Positions 53,047 through 64,000 of a stretch of 64,000 nt of DNA are shown in pieces. Position 1 is the stretch's first letter, and each line of letters begins with the position of its first letter. Source of the DNA: Felis catus (taxonomy: Eukaryota); NCBI RefSeq assembly GCF_018350175.1, contig NC_058368.1, forward strand, positions 132,310,001-132,374,000, written 5' to 3'. The translations under genes and the position numbers were made by a program. Below the pieces are notes generated by a model. That model saw nothing but the letters and a program-made list of their open reading frames with translations. It did no database searches and had not been told where the DNA came from.

Positions 53047-53268
53047 GGGGCGCCTGGGTGGCTCAGTCAGTTAAGCCTCTGACTTCAGCTCAGGTCATGA
53101 TCTCGCGGTCCATGAGTTAGATCCCCGTGTCAGGCTCTGTGCTGACCACTCAGAGCCTGGAGCCTGTTTCAGATTCTGTGTCTCCCTCTCTCTCTCTGAC
53201 CCTCCCCCATTCATGCTCTGTCTCTCTCTGTCTCAAAAATAAATAAACGTTAAAAAAACTAAAAAAAT
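53047..53268 (+). mobile_element. CAN-SINE
   Basis: TSD TAACTTATGAAAACA. Confidence 0.95.
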
Positions 53269-53674
53269 TAACTTATGAAAACAAAAGATTTACTCTATTC
53301 TTTCTGTTTGAGCATATTAGAAGAAATTATCTAATGAACTGGTGAAGGCTAGGGCTTATGGTGAAGATGAACTAAAAAACTGATGTGTTTGAATCATCTT
53401 CAAAACTAATTTGAAATTTTTTAATGAGTAGAGATCATTTTTAGGAAGATGCCATAAGGAACAAAAAGACTTCTCATAAATTACGGGATTCTATTAGGTG
53501 AGTTGTTCTTCCAGGTTATCCATTGTCTTACACTTCAATATTTCTAGCAATCCATATTACTGAAAAGATTGTAGGAACTCGACCATGATGAAGCTAGGAC
53601 TTTGTAAAAGACATTCATCTGCCTCAGTCTTTCCTTCTTTGGAAATACTACTTTCATTATTGAAGATATTTCTT

Positions 53675-53870
53675 GGGACGCCTGGGTGGCTCCAGTTGGT
53701 TAAGCGTCTGACTTTGGCTCAGGTCGTGATCTCACGGTTCATGAGTTTGAAGCTCACATCAGGCTGTCTGCTGTCACTGCAGAGCCTGCTTCTGATCCTC
53801 TGTCTCCCTCTCTCTCTACACCTCCCTCCCTTGCACTCTCTCTCTAAAAAATAAACATTTAAAAAAATAA
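53675..53870 (+). mobile_element. CAN-SINE
   Basis: Sense body GGGACGCCTGGGTGGCTC...AATAAACATT. Confidence 0.9.
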
Positions 53871-54604
53871 CTAAATCAACCCTTATTCTATTCCTTCCTA
53901 AGACAACCCCAATTCTTCATCTTTCCTCCTCTTCTAGAACAGATATTTTTCATACAAGAATCCATTGCCTAGATCCTTCTATCTTATGTTTTTCCATAGC
54001 CATTACAATATTAACAAAATGATAAAATGATTTGCACAGAGAAGATATCACCTTTCCAGGTCAGTTTCCTTCATTCTTTACTCCACCTCTTTCTTCCTTT
54101 TCCATCCCTTCCTCCCTCCCTCCCTTTTTTTGTCTCTACTATCACTTGTCATAACTCTCAGTGACTTCAGTACCAATTTAAATCACCCTCATACCATGCC
54201 CTCTCATTTATATGGCATCCTTATTTTTCATAGTCTTGCCTTCCCTCTGCCTTAGCCATAGTCGTAACCAAGACCTTTTTATTACTAATTTCAAGCATTC
54301 CATTCTCTGACCATCTTCTGTCTTCCCAGCTTCTTACCACTTTTCACTGCTCCTCATCATCTTCATGTAATTGCTGTCCTCTTAACCAGGCTTAAATATC
54401 ATGGTCAAGCATTATCAACCCCTCCATGCATATTCCCTTTATGTCCCTTTCCCTTTTCTTCTTCCAGTGTATTCACTTGCAAAACCCCAACTTTAGGAAA
54501 ATTGAAATCTCCACTTATCCTACACCTGTACCCAACCAGATGAATGTGACTAACGAAAAAAGCCTTACCATATTGACTGACTTCACTTTAAGAAGTAACC
54601 TCAA

Positions 54605-57600
54605 AATGTGGAAAGATAACAAATATGTGGAGACTAAACACCATCCTACTAAAGAATGAATAGTCTAACCAAGAAGTTAAAGAGGAAATTAAAAAGTACA
54701 TGGAAGCCAATGAAAATGATAACACCACAGCCCAAAACCTCTGGGACCGCAGCACAGGCAGGAAGGAAGTATATAGCAATCCAGGCCTTCCTAAAGAAGG
54801 AAGAAAGGTCACAGATACACAACCTAACATTATACCTTAAACAGCTGGAAAAAGAATAGCAAAAAGACCCCAAAACCAGTAGAATACAGGAAATAATAAA
54901 GATTAGAGCAGAAATCAATGCTATTGAAAGCAAAAAAAAACCCAAACACTAGAACAGACCAATGAAACCAGAAGCTGGTTCTTTGAAAGAGTTAACAAAA
55001 ATGATAAACATGTAGCCAGTTTGATCAAAAAGAAAAAGGAAAGGAACGAAATAAATAAAATCAAGAATGAAAGAGGGAGATCACAACCAACACAGCAGAA
55101 ATAAAAACAATAATAAGATAACAATCCGAGCAATTATACGCCAATAAAATAGGCAATCTGGAAGAAATTGAAAAAGTCCTAGAAACATATACGCTACCAA
55201 AACTGAAACAGGAAGAAATAGAAAATTTGAACAGACCCATAACCAGTAAAGAAATCAAATTAGTAATCAAAAATCTCCCAAAAAACAAGAGTCCAGGGCC
55301 AGATGGCTTTCCAGGGGAATTCTACCAAACATTTGAGGAGTTAACACCTATTCTCTTGAAGCTGTTCCAAAACATAGAAATGGAAGGAAAACTTCCAAAC
55401 TCTTTCTATGAAGCCAGCATTACCTTGATTCTAAAATCAGACAAATCCCCACTAAAAAGGAGAACTATAGACCAATTTCCCTGAAGAACATGGACACAAA
55501 AATCTTCAACAAGATACTAGCCAACCGGATCCAACAATACATTAAAAAAATTATTCACCAGAACCAAGTGGGATTTATACCTGGAATGCAGGGCTGGTTC
55601 AATATCTGCAAAACAATCAATGTGATACATCACACCAATAAAAGAAAGGACAAGAACCACATGATGCTCTCAATAGATTCAAAGAAAGCATTTAACAAAA
55701 CACAGCATCCTTTCTTGACAAAAACTCTCAAGAAAGTAGGGACAGAAGGATCATACCTCGAGATCATAAAAGTCATATATGAACAGCCCACCACTAATAT
55801 CATCCTCAATGGGGAAAACCGAGAGCTCTCCCCCTAAGGTCAGGGACAAGACAGGGATGTCCACTCTCGCCACTGTTATTCAACATAGTATTGGAAGTCT
55901 TAGGCTCTGCAATCAGACAACACAAAGAAATCAAAGGCATCCAAATCGGCCAGGAGGAGGTCAAACTTTCACTCTTCACAGATGACATGATACTCTATAT
56001 GGAAAACCCAAAAGATTCCACCAAAAAACTGCTAGAACTGATCCATGAATTCAGCAAAGTGGCAGGATATAAAATCAATGCACAGAAATCGGTTGCATTC
56101 CTATACACCAATAATGAAGCAACAGAAAGAGAAACCAAGGAATCGATCCCATTTACAATTGCACCAAAAACCATAAAATACCTAGGAATAAATCTAACCA
56201 AAGAGGTGAAAAATCTATACAATGAAAACTATAGAAAGCTTATGAAAGAAATTGAAGAAGACACAAAAAATGGAAAAAGATCCCATCCTCCTGGATAGGA
56301 AGAACAAATATTGTTAAAATGTCAATACTACCCAAAGCAATCTACATATTCAATGCAATACCTATCAAAATCACACCAGCATTCATCACAGAGCTAGAAC
56401 AAACAATCCTAAAATTTGTATGGAACCAGAAAAGACCCTGAATAGCCAAAGCATTCTTGAAAAAGAAAACCAAAGCTGGAGGCATCATAAACCCAGACTT
56501 TAAACTGTATTACAAAGCTGTACTCATCAAGACAGTATTGTATTGGCACAAAAACAGATACTCAGATCAATGGAAGAGAATAGAGAACACAGAAATGGAC
56601 CCACAAATGTATGGCCAACTAATCTTTGACAAAGCAGGAAAGAATATCCAATGGAATACAGTCTCTTCAGCAAGTGGTGCTGGGAAAACTGGACAGCGAC
56701 ATGCAGAAGAATGAATCTGGACCACTTTCTTACACCATACACAAAAATAAACTCAAAAATGGATGAAAGACCTAAATGTAAGACAGGAAGCCATCAAAAT
56801 CCTTGAGGAGAAAGCAGGCAAAAACCTCTTTGACCTCAGCCACAGCAACTTCTTACTCAACACATCTCCAGAGGCAAGGGAAACCAAAACAAAAATGAAC
56901 TGTTGGAACCTCATCAAAATAAGTTTCTGCACAGTGAAGGAAACAATCAGTAAAGCTAAAAGGCAATCAACGGAATGGGGGAAGATATTTGCAAATGACG
57001 TATCAGATAAAAGGTTAGTATCCAAAATCTATAAAGAAACTTATCAAATCCAACACCCTAAAAACAAAAATCCAGGGAAGAAACGGGCAAAAGTCATGAA
57101 AAGACACTTCTCCAAAGAAGACATCCAGATGGCCAACTGACACATGAAAACATGCTCAACATCACTCATCATCTGGGAAATACAAATCAAAACCACCTCA
57201 CACCTGTCAGATGGCTAACATTAACCACTCAGGCAACAACAGATGTTGGCGAGGATGCGGAGAAAGAAGATCTCTTTTGCACTGCTGGTGGGAATGAAAA
57301 CTGGTGCAATCATTCTGAAAAACAGTATGGAGGTTCCTCAAAAAATTAAAAATAGAACTACCCTATGACCCAGCAATTACACTACTAGGTACTTACCCAA
57401 GGGATACAGGTATGCTGTTTCAAAGAGACACATGCACCCCAATGTTTATAGCAGTGCTATCAACAATAGCCAAAGTATGGAAAGAGCCCAAACGTCCATT
57501 GATGAATGAATGGATAAAGAAGATGTGGTATATATATACAATGGAGTATTACTTGGCAATCAAAACGAATAAAATCTTGCCATTTGCAACTATGTGGATG

Positions 57601-57924
57601 GAACTAGAGGGCATTATGTAAGTGAAATTAGTCAGAGAAAGACAAATATCATATGACTTCACTCAAATGAGGACTTTAAGAGACAAAACAGATGAACCTA
57701 AGAGAAGGGAAACAAAAACAATATAAAAACAGGAAGGGGGACAAAACATAAGAGACTCTTAAATATAGAGAACAGAGGGCTGCTGGAGGGGTTGTGGGAA
57801 AGGGGATGGGCTAAATGGGTAAGGGGCATTAAGGAATCTACTCCTGAAATTATTGTTGTACCGTGTGCCAACTAATTTGGATGTAAATTATAAAAAATAA
57901 ATACATTATAGAAAGAAACAAAAA
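54605..57924 (+). mobile_element. 5'-truncated carnivore L1 (~3.3 kb of decayed ORF2 + 3'UTR)
   Basis: ORF2 fragments [31 protein letters not shown]; perfect 15-bp TSD AAGAAGTAACCTCAA (54590-54604 / 57925-57939). Confidence 0.97.
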
Positions 57925-58517
57925 AAGAAGTAACCTCAAGTAAGCCCCTTGTAATTCCCAATAATGCAACTATATTTCACTAGTCACTGTCTTACTTTCC
58001 TCAGTGACTAGTTCACAATTCTCTCTCCCCAAAACTTCAATATCTCCTTCTTATTTACTTCCAATTGACTGTTTGCTATTTCACTGAGGAAATAAAAGCA
58101 ACAAGAAGAAAACTTCCAGATGCTCCCACACCAAATATGGCAAACTGTATTCTGATGCATATATTCTGCCTTCCCTCTTATTACAATAAGTAAATTATCC
58201 AGGCTCCTATCCAAGGACACTGCTTTGTATTAAGTATTGGATCCCATCCTTGAAGCTTTCTCAAGGGCATTATAACTGCAGATTTCCACTCTCTCTCTTA
58301 CCCTATCAATTTTTATCTTTGATTATTCTCACTATCATACAATACATGTAATATTTCTTCATTCTTGAAAGCAAAAAGTTAAAAACAAAACCTCCATGAA
58401 CTCCATGTTCCCTCTAGCTACTGCCTGACTTATCTCATCTGATTATAGCAAATTTTATTGAAAGAAACTTATGTATATCCACAATCTCCACTTCTTTTCT
58501 TTCTTTCCCTTTCTCCA

Positions 58518-58574
58518 TTCCTTCCTTCCTTCCTTCCTTCCTTCCTTCCTTCCTTCCTTCCTTCCTTCCTTCCA
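58518..58574. repeat. (TTCC)n microsatellite
   Basis: Directly visible tetranucleotide run. Confidence 0.96.
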
Positions 58575-59837
58575 TCCATCCATGAGCTCATTACAGTCAG
58601 GCTTTCATCACACTCTTCCTTGAAACACACTTTTCAAGATCACCGTTAGCCCCATTTTATTCAATCAGGAGCATTTGTTACAGGGGACCATGCTCTCATC
58701 CTTGAAACACTTCCTTCACTTCTCTTTCCAAACACCATACTCTCCTGGTTCTCCTGTTTTTAGTGGCTGCTTTTTCTAAGTCTCCTTTCTTGATTCTTCC
58801 TGTTTACTGACCTCTAAACATTAAAGTAATCCACACTCAATCTTTGGACCTCTTCTTTTCTCTACATGCACTTACTTCCTGGGTGGATCTAATCCAGATC
58901 AATGGCTTTAAATACCATCTGTAAACTGATGTTTCGTAAATTGTTAACTACAGTACCATCCTCCCTAATGAAAACCAGACTCATATATCCAGTTGCCTAC
59001 TTTACAAGACTAAGAACTCTTGACCTTCCCAAACCTATTTCCCCAGCATGCTTACCCATCTCTTGTAAAAAGCAACTCCATTCAACCAGTTAGTCAGCCA
59101 GTTAGTAGTAAGTTTTCATTTACTACTCTTTCTCCTATACCCCCATTCAATACATTGACAAAAATCTATTGACTCTGCCTTCTAAGTACGTACTTAGAAT
59201 GTGACTCCATTGTCACCACACTGCTCCAAGATGCTATCATGTCTGACTGGAAATGCTGAATAACTTTTAACTGGTAACTCCGCTTTCACTCTTGGTTTTC
59301 TACCACCTTGTATATCCAAAATAAACTTGTAATGCATTTTCTTTCTCAGAACTAAAGATTGTCTTTACTATGCTCTCTAAGGTTATACATGATCTGATCC
59401 TCGAACCTCTCTGATCTGTCCCAATCATTTACTCAGCCCCTGCTGTACTGGTCTCTTGGTTTTTCCTTTCATTCCCTTTAGATTGCTCCTGCTTCAAGGC
59501 CATTATTTGTTCTGTTTCATTTGACCAGAATGCCCTTTTCCCAATATCTCCTTGGCTTACTCCATCACTTCAATTTAGTCCTTAAAACTAAATGTCACCT
59601 GATGAGAAGCCTCCTGACCACCCTATATAAAATAGAAAATTGATATACATATATAGAAACACATACTACGACTCTGTAGACTCTAATATCTTCATGCATT
59701 TATCACTAGCTAACTTATTCTGTATTCAAGTATCTTGCTTTTCATCTGTGTCCCCTACTAAAATGTAATATCTTCAAAAGACAGCAGGAATTTTATTTGC
59801 TCACAGAGATACTTTAGCACTTAGAATGCACAGTACA

Positions 59838-60044
59838 GGGGTCCCAGGGTGGCTCAGTGGGTTAGGCGTCTGACTCTTAACTTAAGCTAAGGCCATGATC
59901 TCATGGTTCATGAGTTCAAGCCCCACATCAAGCTCTGTGCTAACAGCACAGAGCCTGCTTGGGATTCTGCCTCCCTCTCTCTCTGGCCCTCCCCTCCTTG
60001 CTCTCTATCTCTCTTTCAAAATAAATAAAAATAAACTTTAAAAA
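59838..60044 (+). mobile_element. CAN-SINE
   Basis: TSD AATGCACAGTACA. Confidence 0.94.
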
Positions 60045-60722
60045 AATGCACAGTACATAAGTGCTCAATAAAAATAAATTCATGTTTATTACACATCCTC
60101 CCAATTTAAAATCACTGTTTAAGAATCTTTATCCAAGTCAATTATCCACATGTGATATACCAAATCCTGAAAAAACTCTAATAAACTTTTACATTATAGT
60201 ATTGATATCATTCATTCATTCACAAATTAAGATAATATGTTTGACTTAGTTTTTTATCATAAGCAGCGTAAGTTGCTTTAGTGCTTTGGCCTCTATGGTA
60301 ATCACATACTCTAAACAGAGAAAAACATAGTATTTGTAATTACAGAAAGTTACTTACAATTCCATTTGACTGAATTTATCATACGCTTTCCTACAAACAC
60401 ACTTATGCTTGGAAGAAAAGAAGACAAAAGATGCTGGAATCAAGGAAAGAGTGAGAAAGACCATTGACAAGGGAAGTTGGGAGTCCTAGTGACAAATTTG
60501 TCTGTGTCACAAGTGCTCAAGTCCCAGACATTGTAAGTAACATTGTAGGTAACTATGTAACATGCCTGTGTATTATAAAAAATAACATGTATTCTTATAT
60601 AAATTCATACAAATTCAATCACGTTATACTTAGTTTATATTGAGCTACGCATAATTCCTTAAATTGGATTAATTATGGTTACAAGTTATAGTGAATAGTA
60701 GTTGTTAACTTTCTTTTTCTCA

Positions 60723-61324
60723 TGTTATATACTGAATGTTTGTGTCCTCCCTCCTTCCCCCAAAATTTATACATTGAAGCATTAACCCCTAATGTGATGG
60801 TATTTAGGGAGGTAATCAGGCTTAGGTAATGTCATGAGAATGGGTCTCCATGATAGGATTAGTATCCTTAAAAGAAAGAGACCAGGGGCGCCTGGGTGGC
60901 GCAGTCGGTTAAGCGTCCGACTTCAGCCAGGTCACGATCTCGCGGTCCGTGGGTTCGAGCCCCGCGTCGGGCTCTGGGCTGATGGCTCGGAGCCTGGAGC
61001 CTGTTTCCGATTCTGTGTCTCCCTCTCTCTGCCCCTCCCCCGTTCATGCTCTGTCTCTCTCTGTCCCAAAAATAAATAAACGTTGAAAAAACAATTAAAA
61101 AAAAAAAAAAAAGAAAGAAAGAGACCAGAATGCACTCTTGCTCTACTCTGTGAGGGTACAGCAAACAACCATCTATAGACCAGGACAAAAACCCTCTTTA
61201 AGGAACAGATTGTCCGGCACCTAAATCTTAAACTTCCTTGCCTCCTGTGACAAATAAATTCCTATTGTATAAGCCTACCAGTCTATATGGTATTTTGTTA
61301 CTGTAGCCTAAATAGACTAAGACA
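60723..61324 (+). mobile_element. Solo MaLR LTR (MLT1A-like) interrupted by a young SINE
   Basis: TGTTATATACTGAATGTTTGTGTCC...CCTAATGTGATGGTATTT...GGTATTTTGTTACTGTAGCCTAAATAGACTAAGACA (TG...CA ends). Confidence 0.88.
60885..61113 (+). mobile_element. Young felid CAN-SINE (SINEC_Fc-like)
   Basis: CpG-rich body, long A tail, TSD AAAGAAAGAGACCA (60871-60884 / 61114-61127). Confidence 0.97.
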
Positions 61325-61870
61325 ATCTATACAGAAAAAAATACTTAAAAGCCAGAATTTTCACAAATAACCCAATCTGATAGCATTCTATTCTCTTTCA
61401 TCAACATTTACTTCTTGTTTCAGCAGCCTCTCACCTTTTCTTGCCAATCCTTTCCCTTTGCCTATCTGGTTATCTCAAATTGGCGTATGAGTAACTAAAT
61501 GAGCTTGGCAGGTTGCCATAAGGTAGGCAAAACCATAAGACAAACGTGGTACATCTTTTTGCTGGTTCAATTTTACTTAAAAATAGGGGTATATTGAGGA
61601 AGGGTAAAGAGAAAAATAAAATAAATGGTAACTGAAATAATTTATATTAAAATAAATATGGATATATTATCAAGTAACATTTACAAAGAAGTCTCAAGAG
61701 AAATTATTTGTGGAAGATTATCATAAGCTAAACTTCCCCTGCAGATTATCCTGTAAATCACTTTACTATGCCCTTAAGCATGGAGAAGTAAGGAATTTGA
61801 GATGCCCTACTATGTATACCAATTAAAATCTCCTATCAAGTCAATTAATCCCACTAGAGTGCTAAATATT

Positions 61871-62030
61871 AATAATAGCTATCTTTTATTGAGTGTTAAC
61901 TTGCACTGTTCTAAGATATTTACAAGAATTATTTAATCTTGACACTCTATGAGGTAGGTCATAATTATAATCCCCATTTTATAGGTGAGGAAAATAAAGC
62001 ACAAAGAAGTAATTTACCCAAAGACATATG
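61871..62030 (-). mobile_element. MIR
   Basis: AATAATAGCTATCTTTTATTGAGTG...CTATGAGGTAGGT...CCCCATTTTATAGGTGAGGAAAAT matches antisense MIR. Confidence 0.75.
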
Positions 62031-64000
62031 ATTAAAATAATGATAAAAGGAAGATCTCTAACATAATAAATAATTTAAAATGTGATATATTTTGGAACAA
62101 TGTATATTTTAAAAAGTGAAAACAGGAATATCAAATGCTAAAAACCTTAAGGCACAAGAAATTACATTGTAAGAGTAGAATGACAAACACTAATGTACAG
62201 ATTTACTATTAATAAAGTTAGTCCTTGAAGAATGAATTAGGATTACAAAACTAGTCACTGGAAGAGTGGATTAGGATTGTAAAATCACATATGTATAAGT
62301 ACCATTTGTGCAAGCACACACATACACACACATGCACATACTACATGACCATATACACATGATTTTTATCATAAAACAATGGCCTAAAAATATTTCTAAA
62401 ACAATAATCGTATTACTCATACTTGACAGTATGTGATAAGCTATTTACACGTTACACATACATAGAGACACATCATCAATAGTACATCCCTACAGAAATA
62501 AATTAGGAGAAGAGAGTATTTTGTGTACATCTTCTTTAGCAATAAGATTATAGGTGATGCATGTTGGAGGAACAATGTATAATAGTTCAGTTATTGGAAT
62601 ATTATACATCAAAAGCAAACAGAAAAGGTTATTTATGCAAAATATATATTTGATAACAAATAACAAAATAAATGAAACTAAATTGATTAAAAAGCAACAA
62701 GTGAAGTCAATGAAGACAATACTAATTCAAAATAACACTGGTAAAGTGTTTTTCTGAAAATATAACTCTTTGCAGCTGAGAATATTTAATATTAATTTAC
62801 AAGTCCCAAATCAAGTGTATCTCAGCACTCTCTACTATGCTGTTTAATTTTATGAGCATCTAGTTCTAGCAAACCTTTATAACTTGCTCAGTAGTTCGCT
62901 AAAAAACAGCCCTAACCACACATCAAACATCAAAGTTCATGGAACTGTGTTTACTTTTCTGTAACAATAAAGAAAGAACTTGACTTTTTGCTCAATTTGC
63001 AGCCTCTCAAAATGACCTTATAAGACCTAGCAACAGGCCTCCCTATCTTAAAGAAACACTGCCTACAACTATAGGCAATCTCAGTGTGACATCCTCTCAC
63101 ATGACAATCTTTTCTCTAAAGGAACTCTGTGGTAAGCCTGTATTTTTCTAAGTCTCTTTCCACTTTCAAGAAAGTGAATAAATGAAAACTTGGCATGATA
63201 CCTGTGCAAGATTGCAAACCTTAACATAAACTGTCAGTCACAGTTTTTCCCAGGCAATTTTCTTTAGTAGGGCAATGTATTACTCAGGTTTTCCAGAAAC
63301 ATTTCCAATTACAAGCACTGCAGGGTTTTTTTAAAGAAAACTTTTTCACTATTATTTATAAACATCCATTTATAAAAGAAAGATTACTATTTAAAATAAA
63401 ACTTAAAATATAAGCAATATTATTAATCATTGCTAATTGGCCAGTTATATTTTATAAAGCAGTATTCCACTCTATACTCAAAGAATGTTTTCATCTAATG
63501 TCTTTCATTTCTAATCCTACAAAAAGTTACATTTATAACTTGATGTCATAGGGGAAAAGTCATTTTACAATAAAAGCCCATGTTTTTTTTAAACATTTGG
63601 ATAATAAAATTATTAAAGAATCAATAAAATATACATTCTACATAGTAATCATTGAAGATGGCTATTCTATTGGTATTTTAGGTTAATCTTATTCCTTCTC
63701 TAAACAATTATAATTTCATTTTGCCTCCACTATACCAGGAGTCTATTATCAGAATTTAATCAACATATAAATACTAAATCTATACTATGGAAAACAAATT
63801 GAAGTATGAATTTGCCCCTAGGGAGGGAATGCTTACACATTTACATATATACCTGTAATACTATATGGAATGTGACAAAGGTGCTGTGAGAAGAATATAG
63901 ATAAAGCCATGTGAGAGATAAGATTATTGTTGGTTTCTTGGAGTAAAAGAAATTTTAAAATGATTTCTGGGCATTTCAGGTAAACAATAAAGGACAGGTA

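Larger units (their letters stand above)
54100..60078 (+). mobile_element. Long degenerate LINE-2, split by an L1 (54605-57924) and a SINE (59838-60044)
   Basis: Pyrimidine-rich L2-type sequence on both sides of the L1 (e.g. CTTGAAACACTTCCTTCACTT, ATGGCTTTAAATACCATCTGTA, CCAGACTCATATATCCAGTTGCCTACT) and an L2 3' end ACATAAGTGCTCAATAAA. Confidence 0.75.

Overview
AT-rich, repeat-dense mammalian genomic DNA, almost certainly from a cat-family (Felidae) genome, judged from the tRNA-derived CAN-SINEs of the SINEC_Fc type and the carnivore LINE-1 3' ends. No intact protein-coding gene can be supported, and every long ORF is a LINE-1 fragment or a SINE/microsatellite artefact. The window contains a full-length but disabled L1 (195-6076, 15-bp TSD), four further long 5'-truncated L1s, about 30 CAN-SINEs, a two-LTR ERVL-MaLR (MLT1) provirus plus three solo MLT1 LTRs, old L2, MIR, CR1/L3 and hAT MITE relics, and several microsatellites. 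The one recognisable gene-derived sequence is a 3'-truncated processed pseudogene of OSBPL9 on the minus strand, apparently copied from a short PH-less, exon-skipped transcript. The region looks intronic or intergenic; there are weak, unverified minus-strand exon candidates and a TALE/Hox motif cluster. I did not find a convincing novel biological system. The most interesting observations are the unusual retrocopy and several retrotransposition or DNA-repair footprints. Repeat subfamily names are from recognition, not database searches, and the boundaries of old repeats are approximate.
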